Assembly (NCBI GenBank): GCA_035555795.1
Contig: DATMGE010000077.1
Coordinates: 19,568-83,567 of the forward strand
Length of the DNA stretch: 64,000 nt
Source: Rhizobiaceae bacterium
Lineage (GTDB): Bacteria; Pseudomonadota; Alphaproteobacteria; Rhizobiales; Rhizobiaceae
Reading direction: 5' to 3'
The translations under genes were made by a program, and so were the position numbers. Under the pieces are notes generated by a model. It had not been told where the DNA came from, ran no database searches, and saw nothing but the letters and a program-made list of their open reading frames with translations. Positions 10,595 to 19,892 of the stretch are shown here, one piece after another. Numbering within the stretch: the first letter of the stretch is position 1; each line of letters starts with the position of its first letter.

Positions 10595-11707
10595 ATGCTC
10601 GACTGGTCCGAACCAAAAACCACGCCCGCCAACCTCATCCCCGCACCAGCCGCCGACGCCACCGGTCTTGGCGAGATCGAGCGCGGTGGCGCGCGCCTGA
10701 CGGTGGATGGCAAGCGGATGATCAACGCCCGTGCGGACGTGAATCAGCTTCTGCCGCTAAAGTACCGCTGGGCATGGGAAAAATACCTGTCCGGCTGCAA
10801 CAATCACTGGATGCCGACCGAAGTTTCCATGCAGGCCGACATCGCGCTGTGGAAGTCGAAGGACGGGCTGACCGAGGACGAGCGGCGCATGCTCAAGCGC
10901 AATCTCGGCTTCTTCGCAGCTTCGGAAAGCCTCGTCGCCAACAATATCGTTCTGGCGATCTACCGGCACCTGACCAATCCCGAATGCCGCCAATACCTGC
11001 TGCGCCAGGCCTTCGAGGAAGCGATCCATACGCACACCTTCCAGTACATCGTGGAAAGTCTGGCGCTGGACGAGGGCGAGCTGTTCAACATGTATCGCGA
11101 GGTGCCGTCGATCACCGACAAGGCGGCATGGGCGCTGAAGCACACGCAGAACCTCGACAATCCGAACTTCAAGACCGGCACGCCGGAAGCCGACCAGTCC
11201 TTCCTACGCGACCTCGTCGCCTTCTATGTCATCTTCGAGGGCATGTGGTTCTACACCGGCTTCGCGCAGATCCTGTCGCTCGGGCGGCGCAACAAAATGG
11301 TCGGCATCGCCGAACAGTACCAATACATATTGCGCGACGAGAGCATCCACCTGAACTTCGGCATCGACGTCATCAACCAGATCAAGCTGGAAAATCCGCA
11401 TCTGTGGACCAAGGCGTTTCAGGATGAGGTACGTGGCATGATCTCTGACGCAGCGGAGCTGGAGGCCGCCTATGGCCGCGATACGATGCCGCGCGGCTTC
11501 CTCGGGCTGAATGCAGCACTTTGCGAGCAATATATGCACTTCATCGCCAACCGCCGCTGCGCGCAGCTCGGCCTCGCGCCGGTCTTTGCGGAGGCGGAGA
11601 ATCCGTTCCCTTGGATGTCGGAGGCGATGGATTTGAAGAAGGAGAAGAACTTCTTCGAGACCCGCGTGATCGAGTATCAGAACGGTGGCGCGCTGAGCTG
11701 GGACTGA
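10595..11707 (+). CDS. nrdB: Ribonucleotide reductase beta subunit with class Ic (Mn/Fe) signature
   Basis: [55 protein letters not shown]; AAGGAA RBS. Confidence 0.95.
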   Translation: MLDWSEPKTTPANLIPAPAADATGLGEIERGGARLTVDGKRMINARADVNQLLPLKYRWAWEKYLSGCNNHWMPTEVSMQADIALWKSKDGLTEDERRMLKRNLGFFAASESLVANNIVLAIYRHLTNPECRQYLLRQAFEEAIHTHTFQYIVESLALDEGELFNMYREVPSITDKAAWALKHTQNLDNPNFKTGTPEADQSFLRDLVAFYVIFEGMWFYTGFAQILSLGRRNKMVGIAEQYQYILRDESIHLNFGIDVINQIKLENPHLWTKAFQDEVRGMISDAAELEAAYGRDTMPRGFLGLNAALCEQYMHFIANRRCAQLGLAPVFAEAENPFPWMSEAMDLKKEKNFFETRVIEYQNGGALSWD

Positions 11708-11780
11708 ACCATGGCGGAGGCGCGGCCGGGTTCGGAAATTGAATCCGGTCCGCGTGCCAAGGTGTTGTTCTTGCTGGCGA

Positions 11781-12455
11781 TCAGCCTGCCGAAAGATCCT
11801 CGATGATCAGCGTGTCCATTGGGATGTCGTGCCATTGCGGGAAGATGGTCGGCAGCCTGCCGAGTTCGAAGCCGACGCCGATGGTGAGCGGCTTGGCGGG
11901 CATGGCAGCCAGCGTGCGGTCGTAGAAGCCGCCGCCATAGCCGAGGCGGTAGCCGGCGGCGTCGAAGCCGACCAGCGGCGAAACGACGATGTCGGGGAAG
12001 ACCTCCTCGCCGCCCGCCGGTATCGGGATGTTCCAGACACCCTTTTCCAGCTTCTCGCCGTTCTTCCAGGTGCGGAAGACGAGCGGCTTTCCCTTGGCGA
12101 CAACGATCGGCAGGGCAAGGCGCCCGCCGCGCGCGACGATGGACGCGCCCCATTCGCGCAGGTCGGGCTCGGCGCGGAAGGGCCAGGAGATGCCGACCGT
12201 CCGCCCCGCCACGTTGCCGACGATCTCATCGAGGCGGGTGGCGATACGTTTGCCGGCAGCCGTGCGCGCATCGGCAGGGGTCGCCATGCGGGCATCGATC
12301 AGGCGCGCGCGCTCGGCCTTGCGCCAGCGGGCGACGTCGATGGCCGCCTGCGGGTCGCTCGGCTGGAAGCCGAGATAGTCAGCATCCAGTTCGTGCATGA
12401 AGCAGGGCGGCGAGGCATAGCCGGCGGAAGCGGGCTTGTCTGTATTATCGGCCAT
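11781..12455 (-). CDS. ygfA: 5-formyltetrahydrofolate cyclo-ligase family protein
   Basis: WPFRAEPD, SPLVGFD..YRLGYGGGFYDRTL, PQWHDIPMD. Confidence 0.9.
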   Translation of the reverse strand: MADNTDKPASAGYASPPCFMHELDADYLGFQPSDPQAAIDVARWRKAERARLIDARMATPADARTAAGKRIATRLDEIVGNVAGRTVGISWPFRAEPDLREWGASIVARGGRLALPIVVAKGKPLVFRTWKNGEKLEKGVWNIPIPAGGEEVFPDIVVSPLVGFDAAGYRLGYGGGFYDRTLAAMPAKPLTIGVGFELGRLPTIFPQWHDIPMDTLIIEDLSAG

Positions 12456-13524
12456 TCGATCCTCCTGATGCCATGATCGCAAGTGCCTCGTCGGCGAGCT
12501 TGCGTGTCAGTTCGCCGGCTGGCATTTCCCGGCAGAGCCGCGCTGATTGCCCCGCCCAGAGCGACATGAAATCGCTGGAGCCGGCCTTTTCGGATGCTGC
12601 GCGCAGCGGCGCCAGCGCGCCGCCGGCGAGCGGAAAGGCCGGCGCTTCACCGGTCATCGGCCCGACCTCCCGCATGACGCGATTGACTATGCCCCGCGCG
12701 GGGCGACCGGTGAATATGTTGGTGAGTGCGGTCTCCTCGACATGCTCCCCGCGCAGCGCCGCGCGATGAAGCGGCGCAACCCGCGCTTCCGGCGTGAAGA
12801 GATAGGCGGTGCCGACCTGCACCGCGCCAGCCCCGAGGGCGAAGGCCGCGACGATGCCGCGCGCGTCGGAAATGCCGCCGGCGGCGATGACCGGCACCTT
12901 CACCGCGTCGGCCACCTGCGGCACGAGCGAGAATGTGCCGACCTGCGTGGCGATGTCGTCGCTCAGGAACATGCCGCGATGGCCGCCGGCCTCGTTGCCC
13001 TGGGCGATGATGGCGTCGCAACCGTGATCTCCCAGCCAGCGGGCTTCGCGCACGGTCGTGGCCGATGAAAGGATTTTCGCGCCCGCTGCCCGGACGCGGT
13101 CGAGCAGGTGGGGTTCCGGCAGGCCGAAATGGAAGCTCACCACTTCGGGGCGGAATTCCTCGACCAGCGCGCAGGCGCCTTCATCGAAGGGCGTGCGGTT
13201 CGATGCCGGCGCGTCCAGGGGCAGGCCGAGTTCGTCGTAATAGGCCTTCAGCCGGTTGCGCCAGCGTGTCTCCCGCGCCGCGTCGAAGGAGGGCGGTGTA
13301 TGGCAGAAGAAGTTGAGGTTGACCGGCCTGGCGGTTGCTTCCCGGATCGTCTCCAGTTCGCTGCGCACCTGCGCTATGTCCATGGTGGCGCAGGGCAGCG
13401 AGCCGAGCCCGCCGGCCTCGGCCACTGCGATCACCATCTGCGAAAAGACCGGACCGGCCATCGGCGCCTGTATGATAGGCAGTTCGACGCCCAAGAGGTC
13501 GATCGCGCGCCGGTCTGGCCACAT
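12445..13524 (-). CDS. Nitronate monooxygenase (2-nitropropane dioxygenase) family flavoprotein
   Basis: PIIQAPMAG, SFHFG, QGNEAGGHRG, IAAGGI, SLWAGQ. Confidence 0.92.
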   Translation of the reverse strand: MWPDRRAIDLLGVELPIIQAPMAGPVFSQMVIAVAEAGGLGSLPCATMDIAQVRSELETIREATARPVNLNFFCHTPPSFDAARETRWRNRLKAYYDELGLPLDAPASNRTPFDEGACALVEEFRPEVVSFHFGLPEPHLLDRVRAAGAKILSSATTVREARWLGDHGCDAIIAQGNEAGGHRGMFLSDDIATQVGTFSLVPQVADAVKVPVIAAGGISDARGIVAAFALGAGAVQVGTAYLFTPEARVAPLHRAALRGEHVEETALTNIFTGRPARGIVNRVMREVGPMTGEAPAFPLAGGALAPLRAASEKAGSSDFMSLWAGQSARLCREMPAGELTRKLADEALAIMASGGSNGR

Positions 13525-13605
13525 TCCGTTTCTCCCTTTGATTTTCAGGCCGCTGCGGCGAGCCGGCCCCGGTGCACTATTGGCGGGTGGCGACACCCCG
13601 GACAA

Positions 13606-13642
13606 CTGAAATTATTCGCAGCTTCAGAGCAAATTTTCTGCA
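13606..13642. promoter_or_regulatory. Putative LysR operator pair, site A
   Basis: CTGAAATTATTCGCA and AGCAAATTTTCTGCA offset by 22 bp; same layout recurs at 16449. Confidence 0.5.
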
Positions 13643-13835
13643 CCAAACATGGCCCGCACCCTGCCGGCGAAGGCCGCCGGATTTCCATGCCGGGTCGGCC
13701 GTTGCGGCAAGCCGCGCAAAGATAGAACGAATTTCCTTGCTGGCACAGAAGGGTTCTGCGACACGCGCCATCGCGTCGGATGGCGACGCAGGCGAGCCGC
13801 CATTGGTGCGGGACCTCCTGAAGTGCGTGCATGTC

Positions 13836-14990
13836 ATGAATAGAATTTTCTCCGGCTTTCGCCCCGTTCTCGACCGGCTTGGGGAATATTTCGTTCCCAT
13901 CCTTGCCGGCGCAACGCTTCGGGAACGGTTGATCGGCTGCGCCGGTGCGCTGCTGGGCGTCATCCTCACCGGAATGATCTGCGATGCGATCCTCGGCAGC
14001 GGAGCCCATGTGCCGCTGATCGTCGCGCCCATCGGCGCGTCGGCGGTGCTGCTGTTTGCGGTGCCGGCCAGCCCGCTGGCGCAGCCATGGCCGATCATCG
14101 GCGGCAATACGATCTCTGCCCTTGTCGGGGTCACGGTAGCGCGGTTTCTTCCCGATCCGTTCCTTGCGGCGGGTGTCGGCGTCTCGCTGGCGATCCTCGT
14201 CATGTCCTTCACTCGCAGCCTGCACCCGCCGGGCGGCGCGGTTGCGCTGTCCGCGGTGATTGGCGGGCCGGCGATCCTCTCGGCGGGATATGCCTTTCCC
14301 TTCATCCCGATCGCGCTGAACTCGCTCCTTCTGGTCTTGCTGGGCGTGGCCTTCCACAAGGTCTCGCGCCGCTCCTATCCGCATGTGCCGGTGCCGGTCG
14401 CCGGCAATACGCACAGGACATCGGACCTGCCGGCCATGTTGAGGGTGGGTTTCCGGCGCGAGGATATCGACGCCGCGCTGCTTGCGCTCAACGAGACCTT
14501 CGACATCGACCGCGACGACCTGGATCGTATCCTGCGGCGCATCGAACTGCAGTCGCTCGTGCGGCTGCATGGCGAGCTGACCTGCGCGGAGATCATGTCG
14601 CGCGACGTGATCAGCATCCCGGCGGATGCGTCGCCGGAGCGCGCCCGCATGCTGCTCCTGGCGCATAATATCCGCACGCTGCCAGTAATCGGGGACGATG
14701 GGCGGCTGGTGGGTATCGTCGGCTTGCGGGAACTCGAAGGCGCGACGGACCGGCTCATTCACGCGGTATCGCCCGCCGCCGTGGCATCGCCCGACGAACA
14801 TGCGCTGAAGCTGCTGCCCGTGCTGACGGATGGACGCTCCCACGCCGTCATCATCATCGATGCCGCACATCATGTGCTGGGCATGATCACGCAGACGGAT
14901 CTGCTGGCCGCTGCCGCCCGGCTGCTGCGCCATGAGGGAGGCGTCAAGCCGCCGTCCGATATCCGTCCCCTATCCGGGATTCGCGCCTGA
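13836..14990 (+). CDS. HPP-family membrane protein with C-terminal CBS pair
   Basis: GASAVLLFAVPASPLAQPW, LHPPGGA, IMSRDV and GMITQTDL CBS motifs. Confidence 0.92.
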   Translation: MNRIFSGFRPVLDRLGEYFVPILAGATLRERLIGCAGALLGVILTGMICDAILGSGAHVPLIVAPIGASAVLLFAVPASPLAQPWPIIGGNTISALVGVTVARFLPDPFLAAGVGVSLAILVMSFTRSLHPPGGAVALSAVIGGPAILSAGYAFPFIPIALNSLLLVLLGVAFHKVSRRSYPHVPVPVAGNTHRTSDLPAMLRVGFRREDIDAALLALNETFDIDRDDLDRILRRIELQSLVRLHGELTCAEIMSRDVISIPADASPERARMLLLAHNIRTLPVIGDDGRLVGIVGLRELEGATDRLIHAVSPAAVASPDEHALKLLPVLTDGRSHAVIIIDAAHHVLGMITQTDLLAAAARLLRHEGGVKPPSDIRPLSGIRA

Positions 14991-15967
14991 CGGCATGATG
15001 CCGGTCATGCTCTTGCCCGGACTGCGGCGTTCGGGCTGGAGCGGCATCAGCAGGTCGCCAGTGGCCAGCGCATCCGCCTGGAGGATCTCCGCGTAGATCG
15101 AAGCGGCGATCCCGGTCGCGCCGCGTACGCCGGGCAGGATGCCTGCCGGCGCGCGGATGCGCGTAATCGCAGTATCGTCGAAGCCGTCCGCCTTGAGGCG
15201 CATCACGCGCAGCGCATGCGTTCTCCTGCTGCCCATCGCGCCGATATAGAAGGCGTCCGAGCGCAGGATTTCGGGAAGCAGACCCGTCTCCCATTCATGA
15301 TCGTGGAATGCCAGCACCACCGCTGAACGTGCATCGATGCCCAGAAGCCTTTCGCCGGCGGCGCGGCCGATCGCCCAGCTTTCAATCTCATCGGCCGCCG
15401 CGGCCTCCCGCGTGATTTCGTCGGATGAGGCGACGATGACGTCGAAGCCGCCCGACCTGGCCAGGCGGGCGAGCTGAACCGTGACCGGGCCTATGCCCGC
15501 CACGACCAGTCGGCGTCGGGGCAGGCAGAGGCGGCGGAACGGACCCTTCCTGCCGCCCTCGACCAGTGGCCCGCCCGCGTCAGGGATTTCCATCGCGCAA
15601 GGCATCCGGCGGTGGAAGGCGGCATCGATGTGCCGACGTCGATCACCAGTTCGATCGCGCCGCCGCAGGGCAGGCGAATGTCCATATAGGGCGAGCCGCG
15701 CCCATATCGCACCCGGCGGGGCGCCCCGCTCCAGATCGCCGCGCAGGCTTCCGCCGCGATCGCCCGCTCGATGCAGCCACCGGAAAGATAGCCTACCCAT
15801 TCGCCGGTTTCGGCGACCGCCATCTGGGCGCCGACGCGCAGCGGCGACGAGCCCTCGATCTCGACCAGCGTCACGATCGCCGTGCGGATCGACCTTGCCG
15901 CCTGGTCGCATGCGAAATCGACGACATAGTCGTCGAACATGTCCCAGCGGCCCTGCCGGTCCTTCAT
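14970..15967 (-). pseudogene. xdhC: XdhC/CoxI-family Moco maturation protein, frameshifted near 15630
   Basis: GSSP..GAQM, SGGCIE, RLPCGG in one frame; LAFHDHEWE, FYIGAMGSRRTH in another. Confidence 0.8.
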
Positions 15968-16380
15968 GACGGGCCCGCCTCCCTCCCTTTGGCCGGATGT
16001 CCGTCTTGCAGATAATCGCGCAGCACCACCGCATTATTGTGTTCGGTGTCGGCGCTGGCGAAGAGCAGCGTGACCGTCCCATGCCCGGCCGCTTCCCGCA
16101 GGGCCGCGAGTGCGTCCTGGTTCTGCGCGATCTCCTTGCGGTAGCGCCGGCCGAATTCCTGCCAGTCATCCGGATTGTGATGGAACCAGTTGCGCAACTC
16201 GTCGCTGGGCGCGATCTCCTTCATCCAGTCGCTCAGGCGGGCGCGCTCCTTCGACATGCCTCTCGGCCAGAGGCGATCGACGAGGATGCGCTTGCCGTCG
16301 GACTTCGTCGGCGTCGCATAGACGCGCTTGATGCAGACCTGTCCGGTATCGGCGGACTTTCCTGTCTCGCTTGAACTCAT
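15964..16380 (-). CDS. DUF488/YeaO-family protein
   Basis: KRVY, RILVDRLWPRG, WMKEIAPSDELRNWF, HNNAVVL. Confidence 0.9.
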   Translation of the reverse strand: MSSSETGKSADTGQVCIKRVYATPTKSDGKRILVDRLWPRGMSKERARLSDWMKEIAPSDELRNWFHHNPDDWQEFGRRYRKEIAQNQDALAALREAAGHGTVTLLFASADTEHNNAVVLRDYLQDGHPAKGREAGPS

Positions 16381-16448
16381 GGTCGTCGCTTCCGTTGGCG
16401 CGCAAATGTCGTGCGGGAAGCGTATCTGCGGTGTCGGAATGCCGGCAA

Positions 16449-16485
16449 ATGAATTTATCCACTAGTTGAGTGCAATAATTTTGCT
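16449..16485. promoter_or_regulatory. Putative LysR operator pair, site B
   Basis: ATGAATTTATCCACT and TGCAATAATTTTGCT offset by 22 bp. Confidence 0.5.
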
Positions 16486-16545
16486 TTGTCTTCGTCGGTG
16501 CAAGAGCGCATTGCGGGTCCCGGATCATCGACCGGGGAATGAGCA

Positions 16546-17127
16546 ATGCTATCCGATCTTTTCAGGAACAACCGGGCCTGGGCGGCTTCGCGCTTGAGCG
16601 AGGACGCGCACTATTTCGACAGGCTCTCGGCGATCCAGAGGCCGGAATATCTGTGGATCGGCTGTTCCGACAGCCGCGTCCCCGCCAATGTCATCACCGG
16701 GCTGGAGCCGGGCGAGGTGTTCGTCCACCGCAACGTCGCCAACCTCGTCCATCCGAGCGATCTCAACCTGCTTTCCGTGCTGGAATACGCCATCGAGACG
16801 CTGGAGGTACGCCATGTCATCGTCTGCGGCCATTATGGATGCGGGGGAATCAGGGCGGCTGCGGACGGCGAGCGCCACGGCGTCATCGACCACTGGCTGC
16901 AACCCGTCCGGGAGGTTGCGGAGGAGAACGCGGCGGAACTGACGGGGCTGGAGGACAGCGAGGCGCGGCTGGACCGGCTGTGCGAGCTCAGCGTGCGCGC
17001 GCAGGTGAACCGCCTGGCCCGCACACCGACCATGATCTCGGCCCGGAAGGCCGGCAGGAAGGTCAATATTCATGGCTGGATCTATGGCCTGCGCGACGGG
17101 CTGCTCTCCGACCTGCGATGCACATGA
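16546..17127 (+). CDS. can: Beta-class carbonic anhydrase
   Basis: WIGCSDSRVP, HRNVAN, VCGHYGCGG. Confidence 0.95.
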   Translation: MLSDLFRNNRAWAASRLSEDAHYFDRLSAIQRPEYLWIGCSDSRVPANVITGLEPGEVFVHRNVANLVHPSDLNLLSVLEYAIETLEVRHVIVCGHYGCGGIRAAADGERHGVIDHWLQPVREVAEENAAELTGLEDSEARLDRLCELSVRAQVNRLARTPTMISARKAGRKVNIHGWIYGLRDGLLSDLRCT

Positions 17128-17218
17128 ATTCTGCCGGGCGCTGAATTGCCGGCTTTCTCCTCAAGACAAACCAAACTCAATGCGGTATCAATTCAAGAAT
17201 ATTGCATTGAGGAGCGCG

Positions 17219-18127
17219 ATGGATATCGACCGCGCACGTACCTTTCTTGAAATCGTCCATACGGGAAGCTTCCTGAAGGCGGCGGAGCGCCTGCACGTCA
17301 CGCAGACGACGGTGAGTGCGCGCGTCAAGACGTTGGAGGAGGAACTGGGGCGGCAGCTTTTCGTGCGCAACCGCAACGGTGCGCGGCTGACCGCGGCCGG
17401 CATCGAGTTCGAGCGCTTCGCCCAGATGTTCGTGCAGGTGTGGGAGCGGGCGCGCCAGCAGCTCGCGGTGCCCTCGGGCAAGACCGGCGTGGTGACGCTG
17501 GCCGCGGAACTCAGCCTGTGGAGCCCGCTGCTGGTCGACTGGATGGCGGGGATCAAGTCCGACGAGCCGCATCTGGCGGTCCGCGCCCATGTCGGCCTGC
17601 CGGACCAGCTCGTGGAGGAACTGCGGACAGGCACGATCGACGTCGCGCTTCTCTATTCGCCGCAACTTCTGCCGGGCTTCGAGGTGGAGCCGCTGATCGA
17701 GGAGCAGCTGGTGCTGGTGACCTCACGGAGCGGCGAAGCGGCGGAGGACCAGGAATATGTCCATGTCGACTGGGGGCCTGCCTTTTCCGTCCAGCATGGT
17801 GGGCATGCCACCTCGTCGGAAGAGATCGGAACATTTGCAGGCTTCGGCCCGCTGGGACTGGCCTATCTGCTCAAGGTCGGCGGCACCGGCTATTTCCGGC
17901 GCGGAATGGTGAAGCCGCTGATCGACGAGGGCCGGCTTGCGCTGGTGGAGAACGCCCCGGTCTTCGCCTATCCGGCCTATGCGGTCTATCCGGCGGATAC
18001 CGGACATCGTGGCGAAGTCGCCGCCGCGCTCGCAGTGCTCAGAAAGGTTCTGGGTGCCGGCGCCGCGCGGGCGACGACCCTTTCTCCGCCTATGCAGAAG
18101 GGGGGTTCGCAGCAGGCCGACGGCTGA
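17219..18127 (+). CDS. LysR-family regulator (HdfR-like)
   Basis: GSFLKAAERLHVTQTTVSARVKTLEEELG HTH, YVHVDWG; GAGGAG RBS. Confidence 0.92.
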   Translation: MDIDRARTFLEIVHTGSFLKAAERLHVTQTTVSARVKTLEEELGRQLFVRNRNGARLTAAGIEFERFAQMFVQVWERARQQLAVPSGKTGVVTLAAELSLWSPLLVDWMAGIKSDEPHLAVRAHVGLPDQLVEELRTGTIDVALLYSPQLLPGFEVEPLIEEQLVLVTSRSGEAAEDQEYVHVDWGPAFSVQHGGHATSSEEIGTFAGFGPLGLAYLLKVGGTGYFRRGMVKPLIDEGRLALVENAPVFAYPAYAVYPADTGHRGEVAAALAVLRKVLGAGAARATTLSPPMQKGGSQQADG

Positions 18128-18176
18128 GGGACATGCTTATTTCAGCCTGGGGAAACCGGCTGTCACAGCGGCATGG

Positions 18177-18884
18177 TCAAGGATTGCTGCCCGCCGGCGG
18201 CGTTTCGTCGATGGTGAGGGAACCGCCACCCATGCCGCCCCCGCCCATTCCCATGCCGCCGCCTCCACCGCCACCGCCGCCACGCGAGCCGCCGCCGTCG
18301 CGTTCGCCCTTGCCGCGGCCGCTGGCGCCGGATGGCCGGGTTGGCCCCTGTGCGGGGACCGTCACGTCAGGCGGCACCGGCGCGAGGTCGAGCGCATCGC
18401 GGATGAAATTCCGCAGCGAGACGACGAGCTCGCCCGTATGGACGGGCTTTCCGGTCACCATGTCCTGGACGGCTTGCGCGGCGAGGCGGACCTGCTCCTC
18501 CGTGCCGAGAAGGATGATGTCGGAAAGCGCTGCCTCGACGGCGTCGCGGATGCGGCGCGCCCGATCGGAGGATGAGACGCCGTCGCGGGGGAGATCGGCT
18601 TCTGCCGACGGTTCGATGTCGCCTGCCGGTTGCGCGCGCCGGCGCAGGTCGCGCATATGGGTCGGGTCGACGGCCAGATTGCCGGTGAAGGAGCCGCCCA
18701 GCGTCTTGTAGGCTGCAATCAGCGTGCGCAGCCTTTCGTTGATCTGGCGGTTGGTACGCTCGCGGCGCTGCTGGATGGTGAACATCATGATCAGCCGGAT
18801 GCCCATGGAGATGAGCGTGAAGAGCGCCAGGCCGATCAGCGTCAGGAAGATGCTCTGCCAGGAACTGAAGTCGAAACCGCGCAA
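18177..18884 (-). CDS. Hypothetical membrane-anchored protein with Gly-rich tail
   Basis: TTG start after GGAGGT RBS, N-terminal TM helix, C-terminal poly-Gly. Confidence 0.7.
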   Translation of the reverse strand: MRGFDFSSWQSIFLTLIGLALFTLISMGIRLIMMFTIQQRRERTNRQINERLRTLIAAYKTLGGSFTGNLAVDPTHMRDLRRRAQPAGDIEPSAEADLPRDGVSSSDRARRIRDAVEAALSDIILLGTEEQVRLAAQAVQDMVTGKPVHTGELVVSLRNFIRDALDLAPVPPDVTVPAQGPTRPSGASGRGKGERDGGGSRGGGGGGGGGMGMGGGGMGGGSLTIDETPPAGSNP

Positions 18885-19113
18885 GTGACCTCCGTTTCGT
18901 GCCCCGAGCGACCCCGCATCCTTGTCTCGGCGCGGCGGAATTCGCAACCGCATTTCGCCGGAGACCAGTGCCGCGACGGTGATCGGAGAAAGGTCGCGGC
19001 GGATAAGAAGTCCGCAAATTGCATTGCATGTGTGCCGATATTCCGTTCACTTTGTCCTGACAATTCGGCGCCGTCGCCTGAGCTGACGCCGAAGCGGTTC
19101 GGGAGGAGATGAA

Positions 19114-19881
19114 ATGCGGCTGAAGGACAGGGTTGTCGTCATCACCGGCGCGGCCGGCAATATCGGCGCGGCGACCGCGCGGCGCTGCGCGCGCGAGGGG
19201 GCGCGGATCGCTTTGCTGGATCGTGACCGCGCCGGCGTCGAGGCGGTGCGCGATGAACTGGCGGCGTCGGCTGAGACGTCGCATGGGAAGCATGTCGCGA
19301 TGACGCTGGACGTGACTGATCCGGCGCAGGTGCGCGATGTGCTGGGCGAGGTGGCGCGGATGTGCGGCCCGATCCACACGCTGTTCGCCAATGCCGGCAT
19401 CGAGGGCGGCAGCGTGCCGCTGGAGGACTATCCCGACGACGAGTTCGAGCGGGTGATGAAGGTGAACGTCACCAGCGTCTTCTACACGATGAAGTATGGC
19501 GAGCCGCTGATGTGCGACGGCGGCAGCATCGTGCTGACCTCGTCGGTGGCCGGCTTCATCGGCAGCGCCGTCAGCATCGGCTATTCGGCCAGCAAGCATG
19601 CGGTGATCGGCCTGATGCGCAGCGGCGCCAAGCATTATGGCCGGCGCGGCATCCGCGTGAACACGATCCATCCCGGCTTCGTGAAGAGCAACATGCTCTC
19701 GCGCATTCTTGAGGAGCGCGGCGGTACGGTCACGCTGGAGGACATGATGGCGAACCTGCCGCTGAAGGACTACCTGACGCCGGACAATATCGCCGACACC
19801 GTGGCCTATCTCGCCAGCGACGACAGCCGCTTGGTGACAGGCCAGACGCTGGTGATCGACAGCGGCTTCATGCTGCGCTGA
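19114..19881 (+). CDS. SDR-family oxidoreductase
   Basis: TGAAGNIG, ANAG, YSASK, IHPG. Confidence 0.93.
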   Translation: MRLKDRVVVITGAAGNIGAATARRCAREGARIALLDRDRAGVEAVRDELAASAETSHGKHVAMTLDVTDPAQVRDVLGEVARMCGPIHTLFANAGIEGGSVPLEDYPDDEFERVMKVNVTSVFYTMKYGEPLMCDGGSIVLTSSVAGFIGSAVSIGYSASKHAVIGLMRSGAKHYGRRGIRVNTIHPGFVKSNMLSRILEERGGTVTLEDMMANLPLKDYLTPDNIADTVAYLASDDSRLVTGQTLVIDSGFMLR

Positions 19882-19892
19882 GGGAGGAGAGC

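Noticed and set aside
7596-10616. 1006-aa antisense ORF, and similar long antisense ORFs throughout
   Set aside because: Typical high-GC shadow frames opposite well-supported genes, with no motifs
18225-18300. GCC/CCG microsatellite-like run
   Set aside because: Encodes the poly-Gly tail of the minus-strand protein
19017-19040. Possible sigma54 promoter
   Set aside because: GG and GC are 12 nt apart rather than the required 10
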